64,000 nt of DNA from an uncultured bacterium (GTDB lineage: Bacteria > Hydrothermota > UBA3072): the NCBI GenBank assembly GCA_964556365.1, contig CAZKVT010000008.1:4826-68825 (forward strand). The letters run 5' to 3'. The notes beneath the pieces are model-generated. The model searched no databases. It worked only from the letters and a program-made list of their open reading frames with translations, and was not told the origin of the DNA. Positions 46,433 to 55,312 of this stretch are shown here, piece after piece (the first letter of the stretch is position 1; each line of letters opens with the position of its first letter). The translations under genes were made by a program, and so were the position numbers.

Positions 46433-47935
46433 CTATTTCCCAGCCTTTTCAAACCTCAATGAAAGTAAATTCTCTTCTTCTCTAACTGAAATCTTTACAT
46501 TATGCTGATTCAATATCAATCTAATAAGAGGCAAGTCTAAATATTTTATATCGGAATCACCAGTTAAGGGATCATCGAATTGAAATATAGGAGCATTTTC
46601 CAGTTTGGAAAAATCATCTATTAATGATTTAAAACCTTTAAAATTAAGATATACGTACTCTCCCTCACTGTTCAATTTTATCCGCAGATTTCCTCCAGCC
46701 TTTTCCTTCAATCCAATAGCAATTAATTCCCTGAGTGATTTAATCAGCCAAATATGCTTCCCCTTCACAACAAATTTTCCTTTATTCTTCTTAAATTCAA
46801 AAGGAACATGGTCTAAATCTGAAATTATTTCACTCAAAACTGAGCTAAGGTCGACTTCTTCATCGATTTCTATTGCTTTATTCGCTCCTATCTTAGCAAT
46901 ATCCAACAGTTTCTCTACCATTTCCCTCATTTCCAAAGATGCGCCGTAAATTATCTCAATCATCTCTTTATAATTTTCAGGAAAATCTTTCTGGTCTTTT
47001 AAAATACTTGATAACCCTAAAATAGGTGTAAGAGGAGTTCTCAAACGATGCGATAAACCGGCTACGAAATTAGCATTAGCTTCCTGCAGATACTTAAGTC
47101 TATCGAGCTCTATTTTCTCCGTAACATCACCAATTTGTATGATAATATACTCTGCCTCTATCCCTGAAGAACTAATTTCTTTCGCTCTGGATAACTCGAA
47201 ATTAAGATGAGATTCCTTCCCGTTTCTTCTGATAACCGCCTCAAAACTTCCCTTATATTTAATTTTTCTGATACTTTCCAAAATATCTTTGTAGGGCAAA
47301 ATTTCTTTTAATTGTTGCCCTTCGATATCCTTTTCCCCCAACATCTTTTCGACTGTCTTATTTGATTTTTTGATAAGCCCTTCGTCATCTAAAATTATTA
47401 TTCCCCCGGGTAAAGAATCGATAACAGAATTCAAAAAATCTTCGGACTTCGAAAGACGCTCACCGAGAAGAGCCATTTTAAGTTCGGAAGAAACCTGAGC
47501 CGCTAACTGCTCTAATATTTCTTTACTTTTTTCAGTATAATCCCCTCCCTTACTATTAATCACTTCTATCACTCCGATAGTATCTCCGTCCACTATAAGA
47601 GGCGACGCAAGCAAAGATTCTGTGTTAAATCCGGTTTGTTTGTCAAACTTATCCTCGTATCCGGATTTCTTAGGCCTGTTTATAATAAAGGACTTTCCTT
47701 CCCTGGCAGTCCTGCCTGCTATACCTTCTCCGATTTCAATCCTTTTTCCCTGCAATTCAGATGCCATAGGACCGTTAACGATTTTAAAAACCAGCTCATC
47801 GGTATCTCTATCCACAAGAAAAAGAGTCGCGGCCTCGCTCTCAAGAACTCCCTGCGCAAGGTCGAGTATTCTTTTTAAAAGTTCATTTAGATCTTTACTT
47901 TCTGTTATCGGTTCCGATCTCTTCTTTAATCGCAT
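46433..47935 (-). CDS. GAF-PAS-HisKA protein with degenerate ATPase domain
   Basis: ATG at 47935 follows GGAG (the listed start at 47956 has no RBS). GAF (ATLFLVDRDTDELVF...), PAS, H-box FVAGLSHRLRTPLTPI. The C-terminal ~150 aa lack N, G1 (DxGxG) and G2 (GxGLGL) boxes. Confidence 0.7.
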   Translation of the reverse strand: MRLKKRSEPITESKDLNELLKRILDLAQGVLESEAATLFLVDRDTDELVFKIVNGPMASELQGKRIEIGEGIAGRTAREGKSFIINRPKKSGYEDKFDKQTGFNTESLLASPLIVDGDTIGVIEVINSKGGDYTEKSKEILEQLAAQVSSELKMALLGERLSKSEDFLNSVIDSLPGGIIILDDEGLIKKSNKTVEKMLGEKDIEGQQLKEILPYKDILESIRKIKYKGSFEAVIRRNGKESHLNFELSRAKEISSSGIEAEYIIIQIGDVTEKIELDRLKYLQEANANFVAGLSHRLRTPLTPILGLSSILKDQKDFPENYKEMIEIIYGASLEMREMVEKLLDIAKIGANKAIEIDEEVDLSSVLSEIISDLDHVPFEFKKNKGKFVVKGKHIWLIKSLRELIAIGLKEKAGGNLRIKLNSEGEYVYLNFKGFKSLIDDFSKLENAPIFQFDDPLTGDSDIKYLDLPLIRLILNQHNVKISVREEENLLSLRFEKAGK

Positions 47936-48299
47936 TTTTCTCCAACAATTTAACAACTTTATCCCATAAAAGCTCGAGGTCCGGAGGTTTGGTTAAAAAT
48001 TCGACATCTAATTTTCCTTTGGTTATTAAATCGACATCTTCCTTTAAATGCCCGTATGCCGTGCAAACAATAACGGGAAATTTGTATCCTCTCTCAATTA
48101 CATTCTCGAGAACCTCTAACCCATGCTTTCCTCCCATTTTTATGTCTAAAACAACAAGATGATAATTGTTCTTTTTAAGTTTTTTACCAACCTCAAACCC
48201 ATTATCCGCGGTATCGACTTCGAAACCTTTGAGTTTAAAGAATTCCTTAAATAAGTACAAAATGGAAGGAACATCATCCGCAACTAAAACTTTAGCCAT
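47895..48299 (-). CDS. single-domain (CheY-like) response regulator
   Basis: 134 aa; VLVADDVPS...LVVLDIKMGGKHG...K. Confidence 0.9.
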   Translation of the reverse strand: MAKVLVADDVPSILYLFKEFFKLKGFEVDTADNGFEVGKKLKKNNYHLVVLDIKMGGKHGLEVLENVIERGYKFPVIVCTAYGHLKEDVDLITKGKLDVEFLTKPPDLELLWDKVVKLLEKNAIKEEIGTDNRK

Positions 48300-49860
48300 T
48301 TTTTCCTCCTTTTTTTGGCAACTCTACTGTAAACACTGTACCTTCACCTTCTTTACTATCCACAAATATCTTACCGTTATGAGAAGTTACTATTCTATGG
48401 ACAATGGAAAGGCCGAGCCCGGTGCCGTTTGCTTTACTGGTTACAAAAGGTTCAAAAATTTCATCCTTTTTATCTTCGGGAATACCCGAACCATTGTCTT
48501 TTACTTTTGTTATTATATTACCATTTCTCTCTCTCAAATCTATAGCTATTTCTCCGTTTTCGCCCAACGCGTCACAGGCATTATTAATAAGATTGCTAAA
48601 AATTCTCCTCATCTTTTCTCTATCCCCATCGATTTTATAATTTCCTTTTTCATAATTAAATTTTATTTTAGCTTTCTTTTCTTTTAAATTTACCGAATTT
48701 TCAAAACCATTAATAACCTCACGCAAAAAAGCTATATAATCAAAAGTTTTAATCTCCAACTTTTGATCTTTCGAAAAATCCAGCATGTCTCCTATTAACT
48801 CATTAATTATATTCGCAGCCTTTAAAATTTCATTACCGTATCTTTTACCTTTATCCTCCTTCGAGGACATTATAAGTATTTGAGCCAAACCGCTGACGGT
48901 ACCGAGAGGGTTTCTTAAATCATGCGCTATCTGAAGAGTCAACTTACCCAAACGGTTTATTCTTTCAGAACGTTCCATCTCTTTTTCCATTCTTTTTCTC
49001 TCGGTTATATCGTTAAATACAACTATTCCGCCCTTTTTATTCTTAAAGAAAGAAAGATTTATTCCCCAGTATTTTCCCTTACTTCTTTTCACCAGATGCA
49101 CATTTTCACCCGGGTCACTATACTCTTTAATACACTCCTGTAAAATAGGGACAATTTTACCACTGTCTTTCGCAAGCTCCTGCGCCCTGGGATTGATCAA
49201 CCTCAAAACCGGCGCCCCTTTCGTTTCCTCGAAAACGGCAATACCGGTGTTAATAGAACTTACAACTTCTCTGTAGAATTGCTGAATATCTTTTTTTTCC
49301 TGCTCCTCACTCTTTCTTACGGTATCGACCTTTTCCTTCATTATTTTATTCCACAAACCACTTATAAACGCAGTAATAAGCAAAAACACGATTTTCAATA
49401 ACATAACAGGGTCTTCAAAACTGAAACCCTCTCTCTGCTGAACCAGCCAGATATAAATTCCGGCACTCGCAATCGTAATAGCGATAGATGAAGCCAGTCC
49501 CGCGGAAATCGAAGCCATCATTATGGTAAGAAAATAGAAAATATAATAATCCGAACTTATACTCCCGGTTAAATAAAAAACAGCTGAAACAACTATAATA
49601 TCAGAAAGAAATAAGCCGAAAAGAACCAACTCACTTCTCATCAGCTCCGACTTCCATATCCTTAAAGCCAAATTAAAAATAAAATATATAAAGGCTATTT
49701 TATAAATAATATCTATTCTAGTGGCTTCCTCGGTAGCATAACCCGCAATAAGAATCACAGAAAGCAGAACAAGCCATCTAAAAACTAAAAAAATATCTAA
49801 TTCATTACTTTTCTCGAATTTTAACTTCATATTTAATTTACTATAAAAGAATCGTTCCAT
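48292..49860 (-). CDS. membrane sensor histidine kinase (polytopic N-terminus, PAS, HisKA, HATPase_c)
   Basis: 522 aa; ~6 TM, H-box IAHDLRNPLGTV, NLINNACDA, DNGSGIP, GTGLGLSIV. Confidence 0.85.
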   Translation of the reverse strand: MERFFYSKLNMKLKFEKSNELDIFLVFRWLVLLSVILIAGYATEEATRIDIIYKIAFIYFIFNLALRIWKSELMRSELVLFGLFLSDIIVVSAVFYLTGSISSDYYIFYFLTIMMASISAGLASSIAITIASAGIYIWLVQQREGFSFEDPVMLLKIVFLLITAFISGLWNKIMKEKVDTVRKSEEQEKKDIQQFYREVVSSINTGIAVFEETKGAPVLRLINPRAQELAKDSGKIVPILQECIKEYSDPGENVHLVKRSKGKYWGINLSFFKNKKGGIVVFNDITERKRMEKEMERSERINRLGKLTLQIAHDLRNPLGTVSGLAQILIMSSKEDKGKRYGNEILKAANIINELIGDMLDFSKDQKLEIKTFDYIAFLREVINGFENSVNLKEKKAKIKFNYEKGNYKIDGDREKMRRIFSNLINNACDALGENGEIAIDLRERNGNIITKVKDNGSGIPEDKKDEIFEPFVTSKANGTGLGLSIVHRIVTSHNGKIFVDSKEGEGTVFTVELPKKGGKNG

Positions 49861-49945
49861 TTACCAACACATTAACCATCAAGTACATATATAAAAAAAC
49901 ATATCCTCATCTCTTACAACTTAAATAAACAAGTGTAGTATATAC

Positions 49946-49973
49946 TTGACAACATACACTATATATATATTAT
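49946..49973 (+). promoter_or_regulatory. sigma-70-type promoter of the NtrC-like regulator gene
   Basis: acTTGACA (49946-49951), 16 nt, TATTAT; AAGGAGG RBS before ATG 50023. Confidence 0.5.
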
Positions 49974-50022
49974 TGATTAATAGATTTAAATAAATTAGCG
50001 GAAAATATCACAAGGAGGAAAG

Positions 50023-51396
50023 ATGGCTGACAGAGTACTCATTATAGATGATGACGAAAAACTTTTAAAGTTGTTAAGTATAGCGTTAGAAAAAGAAGGT
50101 TTTATTGTATCGACTTCCCCGAGCGCAGAAGAAGGATTCAACCGGTTCAAAGAAATAGATTTCGACGTCGCGCTTATAGACCTGGTACTTCCGGACATGG
50201 ACGGAATCGAATTATTGAAAACAATAAGGAATATCGACTCCGATTTCCCTGTAATAATGATAACCGGGCACGCTTCAATCGATCTTGCTGTCAAAGCAAT
50301 GCGTATGGGCGCTTTTTATTTTATTGAAAAACCTGCCTCTACAAAAGCCATATTGGAAATATTAAAAAGGGCAATAGAACAGAAAGAATTAATGATAAGT
50401 TATCAATCTCTAAAAAAGACCGCAGAGGAAAAATTCAGCTTCTCGGGCATAATAGGCAAAAGCAAAGAAATGCAGGAAATTTTCGAATTAATCGAAAGAA
50501 TCGCCGTGGCGGAGGCAACAGTGCTAATTCAGGGCGAGTCGGGAACCGGAAAAGAATTGGTAGCAAAAGCCATTCACTTTAACTCTCCCAGAAAAGGAAA
50601 CCGTTTTGTCGCCATAAACTGCAGCGCTCTTCCCGAATCATTACTTGAAAGCGAACTATTCGGGTATGAAAGAGGTGCTTTTACCGGAGCCAACAAGAAA
50701 AAGAAAGGACTTTTCGAAATCGCCCATAAAGGTACGATTTTCCTGGATGAAATTGTGGAAACATCGCCTGCGTTCCAATCAAAGCTGCTCCGAGTATTGG
50801 AAGATAATACTTTTTATCCTGTTGGGTCAACCGACGAAAGAAAGACCGATACAAGAATTCTCGCGGCGACAAACAGAGTTATCGAAGACGCGGTAGCAGA
50901 AGGTCAATTCAGAAAAGATCTGTATTACCGCTTAAATGTAGTTAAAATACCTCTGCCACCTCTCAGGAACAGAAAACTCGACATTCCGTTACTTACTCAG
51001 GAATTTTTAAAAACTTATACAGATAAGAACCGTAAAGAAATAACCGGTATATCAGACGAAGCAATGGAAGTATTAATGCGTTACTCCTGGCCGGGGAACG
51101 TGCGTGAACTTGAGAACGCAATCGAAAGGGCGGTCATACTCTGCCAGGGCGAAACGATTCTTCCCGAACATCTGCCCGAGAGAACGAGCAGAAGCGAGGA
51201 ATTGGAACCTTCAAATATACTGGAATATGAAATCGCGAAAGATTCTTTTGAGAAAAAATACTTGAGGAATTTACTGAAACACACGGAAGGAAACGTTACC
51301 GACGCATCGAAAATCGCCACTATGACCAGGCAGAACATATATCTTAAGCTTAAAAAATACGACATCAACCCGAAGGTCTACTACCCGAGAGAATAA
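50023..51396 (+). CDS. sigma-54-dependent Fis-family response regulator (NtrC-like)
   Basis: 457 aa; receiver (LIIDDD...DLVLPDMDG), AAA+ (GESGTGKEL, GAFTGA, ELFGYERGAFTGA), C-terminal HTH. Confidence 0.93.
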   Translation: MADRVLIIDDDEKLLKLLSIALEKEGFIVSTSPSAEEGFNRFKEIDFDVALIDLVLPDMDGIELLKTIRNIDSDFPVIMITGHASIDLAVKAMRMGAFYFIEKPASTKAILEILKRAIEQKELMISYQSLKKTAEEKFSFSGIIGKSKEMQEIFELIERIAVAEATVLIQGESGTGKELVAKAIHFNSPRKGNRFVAINCSALPESLLESELFGYERGAFTGANKKKKGLFEIAHKGTIFLDEIVETSPAFQSKLLRVLEDNTFYPVGSTDERKTDTRILAATNRVIEDAVAEGQFRKDLYYRLNVVKIPLPPLRNRKLDIPLLTQEFLKTYTDKNRKEITGISDEAMEVLMRYSWPGNVRELENAIERAVILCQGETILPEHLPERTSRSEELEPSNILEYEIAKDSFEKKYLRNLLKHTEGNVTDASKIATMTRQNIYLKLKKYDINPKVYYPRE

Positions 51397-51399
51397 GAA

Positions 51400-51500
51400 A
51401 GAATTCAGAAGACAGGAGTCAGAATTCAGAATCCTCATACCACCCAATCTTTTATAAGATCGTTAGATAGTTTCAAAAATTCCGAACCAACGAACCAACT
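51400..51500. repeat. 8-mer arrays including a second cargo-less GTTAG/CCAACG pair
   Basis: AATTCAGA AGACAGGA GTCAGAAT TCAGAATC; then AGATCGTTAGATAGTTT - CAAAAAT - TCCGAACCAACGAACCAACT. Confidence 0.7.
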
Positions 51501-51655
51501 AAAAACCATTCAACCAATCCGATGGAAACTGTAGTTCTTTGCGGAACTCGTTGCCCGGAGCAACAGCCCTAGACTCAAAACTTCTAACATCGGACCACGA
51601 AATTCCTTGACAAAAGAAGACAAAGAAAGTATGCTAAATAATAAAGGGAGGGAAA

Positions 51656-52543
51656 ATGAAATTAAAAGTATCAAATATTAACATTTTACTTTTTTTCGTC
51701 TTCATCTTTTCGCTTCTCCTACCGGTAAAGTCTTTCCCGGCAGAAACAGAAAACGTTCAAATAAGCTTCAGCACCGGAAAAAAATATTTGCTTAATCGAG
51801 ATGATTCCTGGTATAAATTTAAAATAGGATATGAGAAGGGTTTTTTAGGTTTTATCAGCCATACAATCCAGTTCGGAACCAACGGAACCAACTTTAACTA
51901 TATTCAAGAAGGCGGACAAAATGTTCTATTTCCATTTACAAGAATGACAGCCGATTTAAAAATGAATGAAAGACATAATCTTACTTTTCTAATACAACCC
52001 TTCGAAATATACACCTCCGCGCTTGCCAAAAGACCGATTGTTGTAGAAGACGTAACTTTTCCAGAAGGAGAACCTATAAACTTAAAATACGGTTTCACTT
52101 TTTACCGATTGAGTTATTTATACGACTTTCAAAAAGAAAGCAATAAGGAATTCGCACTAGGCCTTTCCTTTCAAATAAGAAACGCTTCTATTTTTTTCGC
52201 TTCTGCCGACGGAGAATTGATAAGCATAAACAATAATATAGGTCCGGTACCAATATTAAAATTTAGATGGCAAAAATCTCTGGGCGAAAGCGCATGGATA
52301 GGATCAGAAATAGACGGTTTTTACGCCTCGGGTCGCTATATAACGGGATCTGAGAATGATTTCGAGGGTGCGATTATAGATGCTTCTTTAAGATTCGGTT
52401 TTGAATTAACAGATTACTTAAACTCTTTTCTAAATCTGAGATATCTTGGCGGAGGGGCAAGCGGAACAGACGAAGATGAAAACAAATACACAGATAACTG
52501 GCTCAAGACTTTCTCTGTTTCACTGGGATTTTACTTGCAGTAA
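51656..52543 (+). CDS. hypothetical secreted protein, probable outer-membrane beta-barrel
   Basis: 295 aa; signal peptide (LLFFVFIFSLLLPVKSFPAE), alternating beta pattern, C-terminal FSVSLGFYLQ; GGGAGGG RBS. Confidence 0.4.
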   Translation: MKLKVSNINILLFFVFIFSLLLPVKSFPAETENVQISFSTGKKYLLNRDDSWYKFKIGYEKGFLGFISHTIQFGTNGTNFNYIQEGGQNVLFPFTRMTADLKMNERHNLTFLIQPFEIYTSALAKRPIVVEDVTFPEGEPINLKYGFTFYRLSYLYDFQKESNKEFALGLSFQIRNASIFFASADGELISINNNIGPVPILKFRWQKSLGESAWIGSEIDGFYASGRYITGSENDFEGAIIDASLRFGFELTDYLNSFLNLRYLGGGASGTDEDENKYTDNWLKTFSVSLGFYLQ

Positions 52544-52546
52544 AAG

Positions 52547-52569
52547 TTATAGATTCTCAGAATCTATAA
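52547..52569 (+). terminator. hairpin just after the beta-barrel gene stop
   Basis: TTATAGATTC-TCA-GAATCTATAA perfect 10-bp stem; no T-run, so weak as an intrinsic terminator. Confidence 0.3.
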
Positions 52570-52600
52570 CCAGCTACCAGAGACCAGTTCCCAGGTCCCG

Positions 52601-52760
52601 GATTCTTCAAATCAGTTGAATGGTTGAATAGTTGAATGGGAAAAACAAAAAAGAGCGTCTTGACAACAATGTCGTTTTTTCATATAATATTTTAAATAAG
52701 GAGATATAATTATGAGATTTTTAAAGATTTTATTTTTATTATATTTACTTTTAACGTTAA
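52601..52760 (+). repeat. copy 1 of duplicated GTTGAAT array + promoter + 5' coding block
   Basis: GATTCTTCAAATCAGTTGAATGGTTGAATAGTTGAAT...CTTGACA-N17-TATAAT...ATGAGATTTTTAAAGATTTT aligns with 56211-56400. Confidence 0.85.
52660..52688 (+). promoter_or_regulatory. consensus sigma-70 promoter (paralog 1)
   Basis: TTGACA 52660-52665, exact 17-nt spacer, TATAAT 52683-52688; AAGGAG RBS. Confidence 0.65.
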
Positions 52761-53251
52761 TAGTACCAACTCGATTGCTGGCGGATGAACTCGACACACA
52801 AATGGCAAAAAGTAAAGCTGAACAGTCAGCCAACAACGACGTAAGCAAAGCCTGCTGGTTTGGCGCGGGATTGACTATAATAGGAGCCGGAATAGCGATG
52901 ATGTGGCCTTCCTCATCTCCCGACCCCGCAGAATTTGCGGGAAAATCCCCGGAATATATCAGAACCTATACAGACGCTTACAAATCCAGAGCAAAAAAGA
53001 TACAAACCATGTACAGTTATATGGGATGCGGCCTTACCCTAACCATGGGCGCCTGCGCGATAGCCACAATCAGGCTTAATGAAGGCTGTCAGGATTGGAG
53101 CGACGAAAATTGTCTTCCTCAATCATGCTATAGTTCATCCGAAGAAGAATCGAGCTGCTTGACCGGTGATGACTGCGGAAGCGGAGACGACGGGTCTTCA
53201 TGCGGAAGCAGCGACGGTGGTTCTTCATGCGGAAGCGGTTCCGGAGGATAG
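52712..53251 (+). CDS. signal-peptide/2-TM membrane protein with Cys/Ser/Gly/Asp-rich tail (paralog 1)
   Basis: 179 aa; MRFLKILFLLYLLLTLIV..., KACWFGAGL TM, conserved FAGKSPEYIRTYTDAYKSRAKKIQT, second TM, tail SSCLTGDDCGSGDDGSSCGSSDGGSSCGSGSGG. Confidence 0.5.
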   Translation: MRFLKILFLLYLLLTLIVPTRLLADELDTQMAKSKAEQSANNDVSKACWFGAGLTIIGAGIAMMWPSSSPDPAEFAGKSPEYIRTYTDAYKSRAKKIQTMYSYMGCGLTLTMGACAIATIRLNEGCQDWSDENCLPQSCYSSSEEESSCLTGDDCGSGDDGSSCGSSDGGSSCGSGSGG

Positions 53252-53307
53252 TCTAAATCAAAAACATCTCCGTAAAAAAAGTCTTAGTATTTTCGCTTTT
53301 TACCTTC

Positions 53308-53976
53308 TTGGTTTATAATATAACAACTTATGCTATTGTTATAGATAACGCGACAACCGAATTCAAAAGAAATCTCAAACAGGGAATTAACGAAGAGACA
53401 ATAGAAGGTATTGTATATTACCAATTTCCCGAAAAAGTTATCGCGTCTATACAGAAACCGGTAAAGCAATTAATCTCCTTCGAAAGCAACAATGTGATAA
53501 TCTATTATCCCGATGACTCTATAGCCTTTAAATTCATTTCTTCTTATCCTGTTTCATTTTCTTTCTTTGAAACATTTATAAACATAATGAAAGAAGATTT
53601 CGGAGTATGCGACCGGGGATATACTTTAAAAGACCATAGGATAAAAAAAGATACTCTGATAACATACTGGAATCCTCCCCCAATACTTTCAAAAACAGCC
53701 GGCGAATTAAAATTGGCATACGTTAAAAATAAAATCATTTACTCAGAGTTAAAAAATAAATCCGGAGAAATATTGCTGGAAGCTGAATACAAAAATCATA
53801 TTAATTATGGCGAATATTATTTTCCGCGGGAGATAAACACAACATTAAAAACTGAGGAATATACAATATCTGAAAAAATCACATATAATAATATAGTTTT
53901 TAATGATTCTCTTCCGGAAGAAATCGTAAATTTCAAAATTCCCGAAGGAGTAGAAACAGAAGAAATACGATGGTAA
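53308..53976 (+). CDS. LolA-like (lipoprotein carrier fold) protein; start codon uncertain
   Basis: 222 aa; IEGIVYYQFPEKVIASIQKPVKQLISFESNNVIIYYPDDS resembles the LolA/LppX N-terminal pattern. The frame stays open upstream to 53257 and there encodes a signal-peptide-like stretch with no canonical start. Confidence 0.4.
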   Translation: MVYNITTYAIVIDNATTEFKRNLKQGINEETIEGIVYYQFPEKVIASIQKPVKQLISFESNNVIIYYPDDSIAFKFISSYPVSFSFFETFINIMKEDFGVCDRGYTLKDHRIKKDTLITYWNPPPILSKTAGELKLAYVKNKIIYSELKNKSGEILLEAEYKNHINYGEYYFPREINTTLKTEEYTISEKITYNNIVFNDSLPEEIVNFKIPEGVETEEIRW

Positions 53977-54455
53977 ACACGCTTATGTTCTTATTATCTT
54001 TGACTTTATTATCTTCGAGTGAAACGGAAAACAGGCTGGATTTCCTCAAGCGCGCCAATCCCATAATAGAAGAAAAACCCGACGAACGATTTTACTCTCT
54101 CCTAGATTTAAGAGAAACATCCGAAGTAAAACTCGGTTTTTCAGGTTTGATAAGATTCTATCAAATATATATTTCTTCCCAGGATATCCCCTCCTGCAAT
54201 TTCACTCTGAGCTGTTCCCGCTTTATGACAAAATCAATTCAGGAATACGGCGCGTTTCACGGCATTTTAATGGGAAGCGATAGACTGCAGAGATGTTTCG
54301 GCCCCGGAAGAAAATACTATCCGAAGGATACAAAAACGGGACATGTAATAGATTACCCGGTAGAAATTTACTATATAGGAAGAAACAAAAATGAATTTCC
54401 CCTGCCGGAGGATATGTGTTCCCATAAGGATACGTATTACGAACCCGACAAATGA
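53970..54455 (+). CDS. YidD-like (haemolytic-domain) membrane-insertion-factor homologue, extended
   Basis: 161 aa; LIRFYQIYISSQDIPSCNFTLSCSRFMTKSIQEYGAFHGILMGSDRLQRC aligns by eye with E. coli YidD [35 protein letters not shown]...KRVLKC. Confidence 0.7.
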   Translation: MVNTLMFLLSLTLLSSSETENRLDFLKRANPIIEEKPDERFYSLLDLRETSEVKLGFSGLIRFYQIYISSQDIPSCNFTLSCSRFMTKSIQEYGAFHGILMGSDRLQRCFGPGRKYYPKDTKTGHVIDYPVEIYYIGRNKNEFPLPEDMCSHKDTYYEPDK

Positions 54456-55312
54456 GATATTTAAAGCTAATATTTATTATCGTTCTCTACTTTTCCGTTT
54501 CTCTTAAAGGAGAAAACTCCAACGTCGAATATTTTAAACCTGCAAATATAATAAGATTCGCGGATTATTTATTCGGCGCGGAACAATATATAAAAGCCGC
54601 GGGAGAATACGGGCGATATCTTTTCATGGAAGATTCTTTCCCCCAAAACGCGGATTCCATATTTTTTAGAATTGCTTTATGTTATCGTCTGGATAAAAAC
54701 TACAAAAATTCTATAAACTATTTCAGGAAAATTGCCGATGAATACCCGGAAAGCTCTCTTCTGGAAGATTCTTATCTTGAAATAGGAACATGCTACTCCT
54801 TACAAGACAGCTTCGAGCTATCCAACAAAATATTAGAATCTTTCTACCTAAAAGAACCAAACGAAAAGAGTCGGGCAGGAGAATTAATGGCTCTAAATCA
54901 CATGCAGACTAAAGAATGGAATAAAGCAAGGGAATTTTTGCATTCCCCGGTATCAAACAAAAAACAGTTGTTTTCTCTTTTAGAAAAAGGAGAGAATTTA
55001 CCAAAAAAGAATAAATTCGCTTCCGGTCTATTCTCGGCTGTAATTCCCGGCTCCGGGAAATTTTACTGCAATCGTCCGGCTGACGGATTCCATTCTTTTG
55101 CAACAGTAAGCCTTACCTGCTGGCAGGCTTATGAAGGTTTTGAAGAAGACGGCATTCATTCGGTTAAAGGATGGATTTTCGGAGTATTCGGTGGTCTTTT
55201 TTATCTCGGCAATATTTACGGTTCCGTTGTAGCCGCGGATATTTACAACGAAGAGCAGGAAATTATGTTTAAACTCTCCGTAAAAAAATATCTGAATGAA
55301 AACTTTAAATAA
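54452..55312 (+). CDS. TPR protein with C-terminal PGxGxxY membrane domain
   Basis: 286 aa; signal/TM, TPR-like helices, FSAVIPGSGKFYCNRPADGF followed by hydrophobic segments. Confidence 0.5.
   Translation: MRYLKLIFIIVLYFSVSLKGENSNVEYFKPANIIRFADYLFGAEQYIKAAGEYGRYLFMEDSFPQNADSIFFRIALCYRLDKNYKNSINYFRKIADEYPESSLLEDSYLEIGTCYSLQDSFELSNKILESFYLKEPNEKSRAGELMALNHMQTKEWNKAREFLHSPVSNKKQLFSLLEKGENLPKKNKFASGLFSAVIPGSGKFYCNRPADGFHSFATVSLTCWQAYEGFEEDGIHSVKGWIFGVFGGLFYLGNIYGSVVAADIYNEEQEIMFKLSVKKYLNENFK

Noticed and set aside
51400-51655. Looked for a sigma-54 (-24 TGGCAC / -12 TTGC) promoter near the NtrC-like gene and its neighbours
   Set aside because: TGGAAACTGTAGTTCTTTGCG has the wrong GG-GC spacing (15 nt). 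The downstream gene has a normal TTGACA promoter instead. No sigma-54 site could be supported.
52612-52848. Minus-strand ORFs 52612..52848 and 56222..56572, both ending ...STIQPFN
   Set aside because: They are created by the duplicated GTTGAAT array and promoter and run antisense to the paralog genes; their similarity is a by-product of the DNA repeat.
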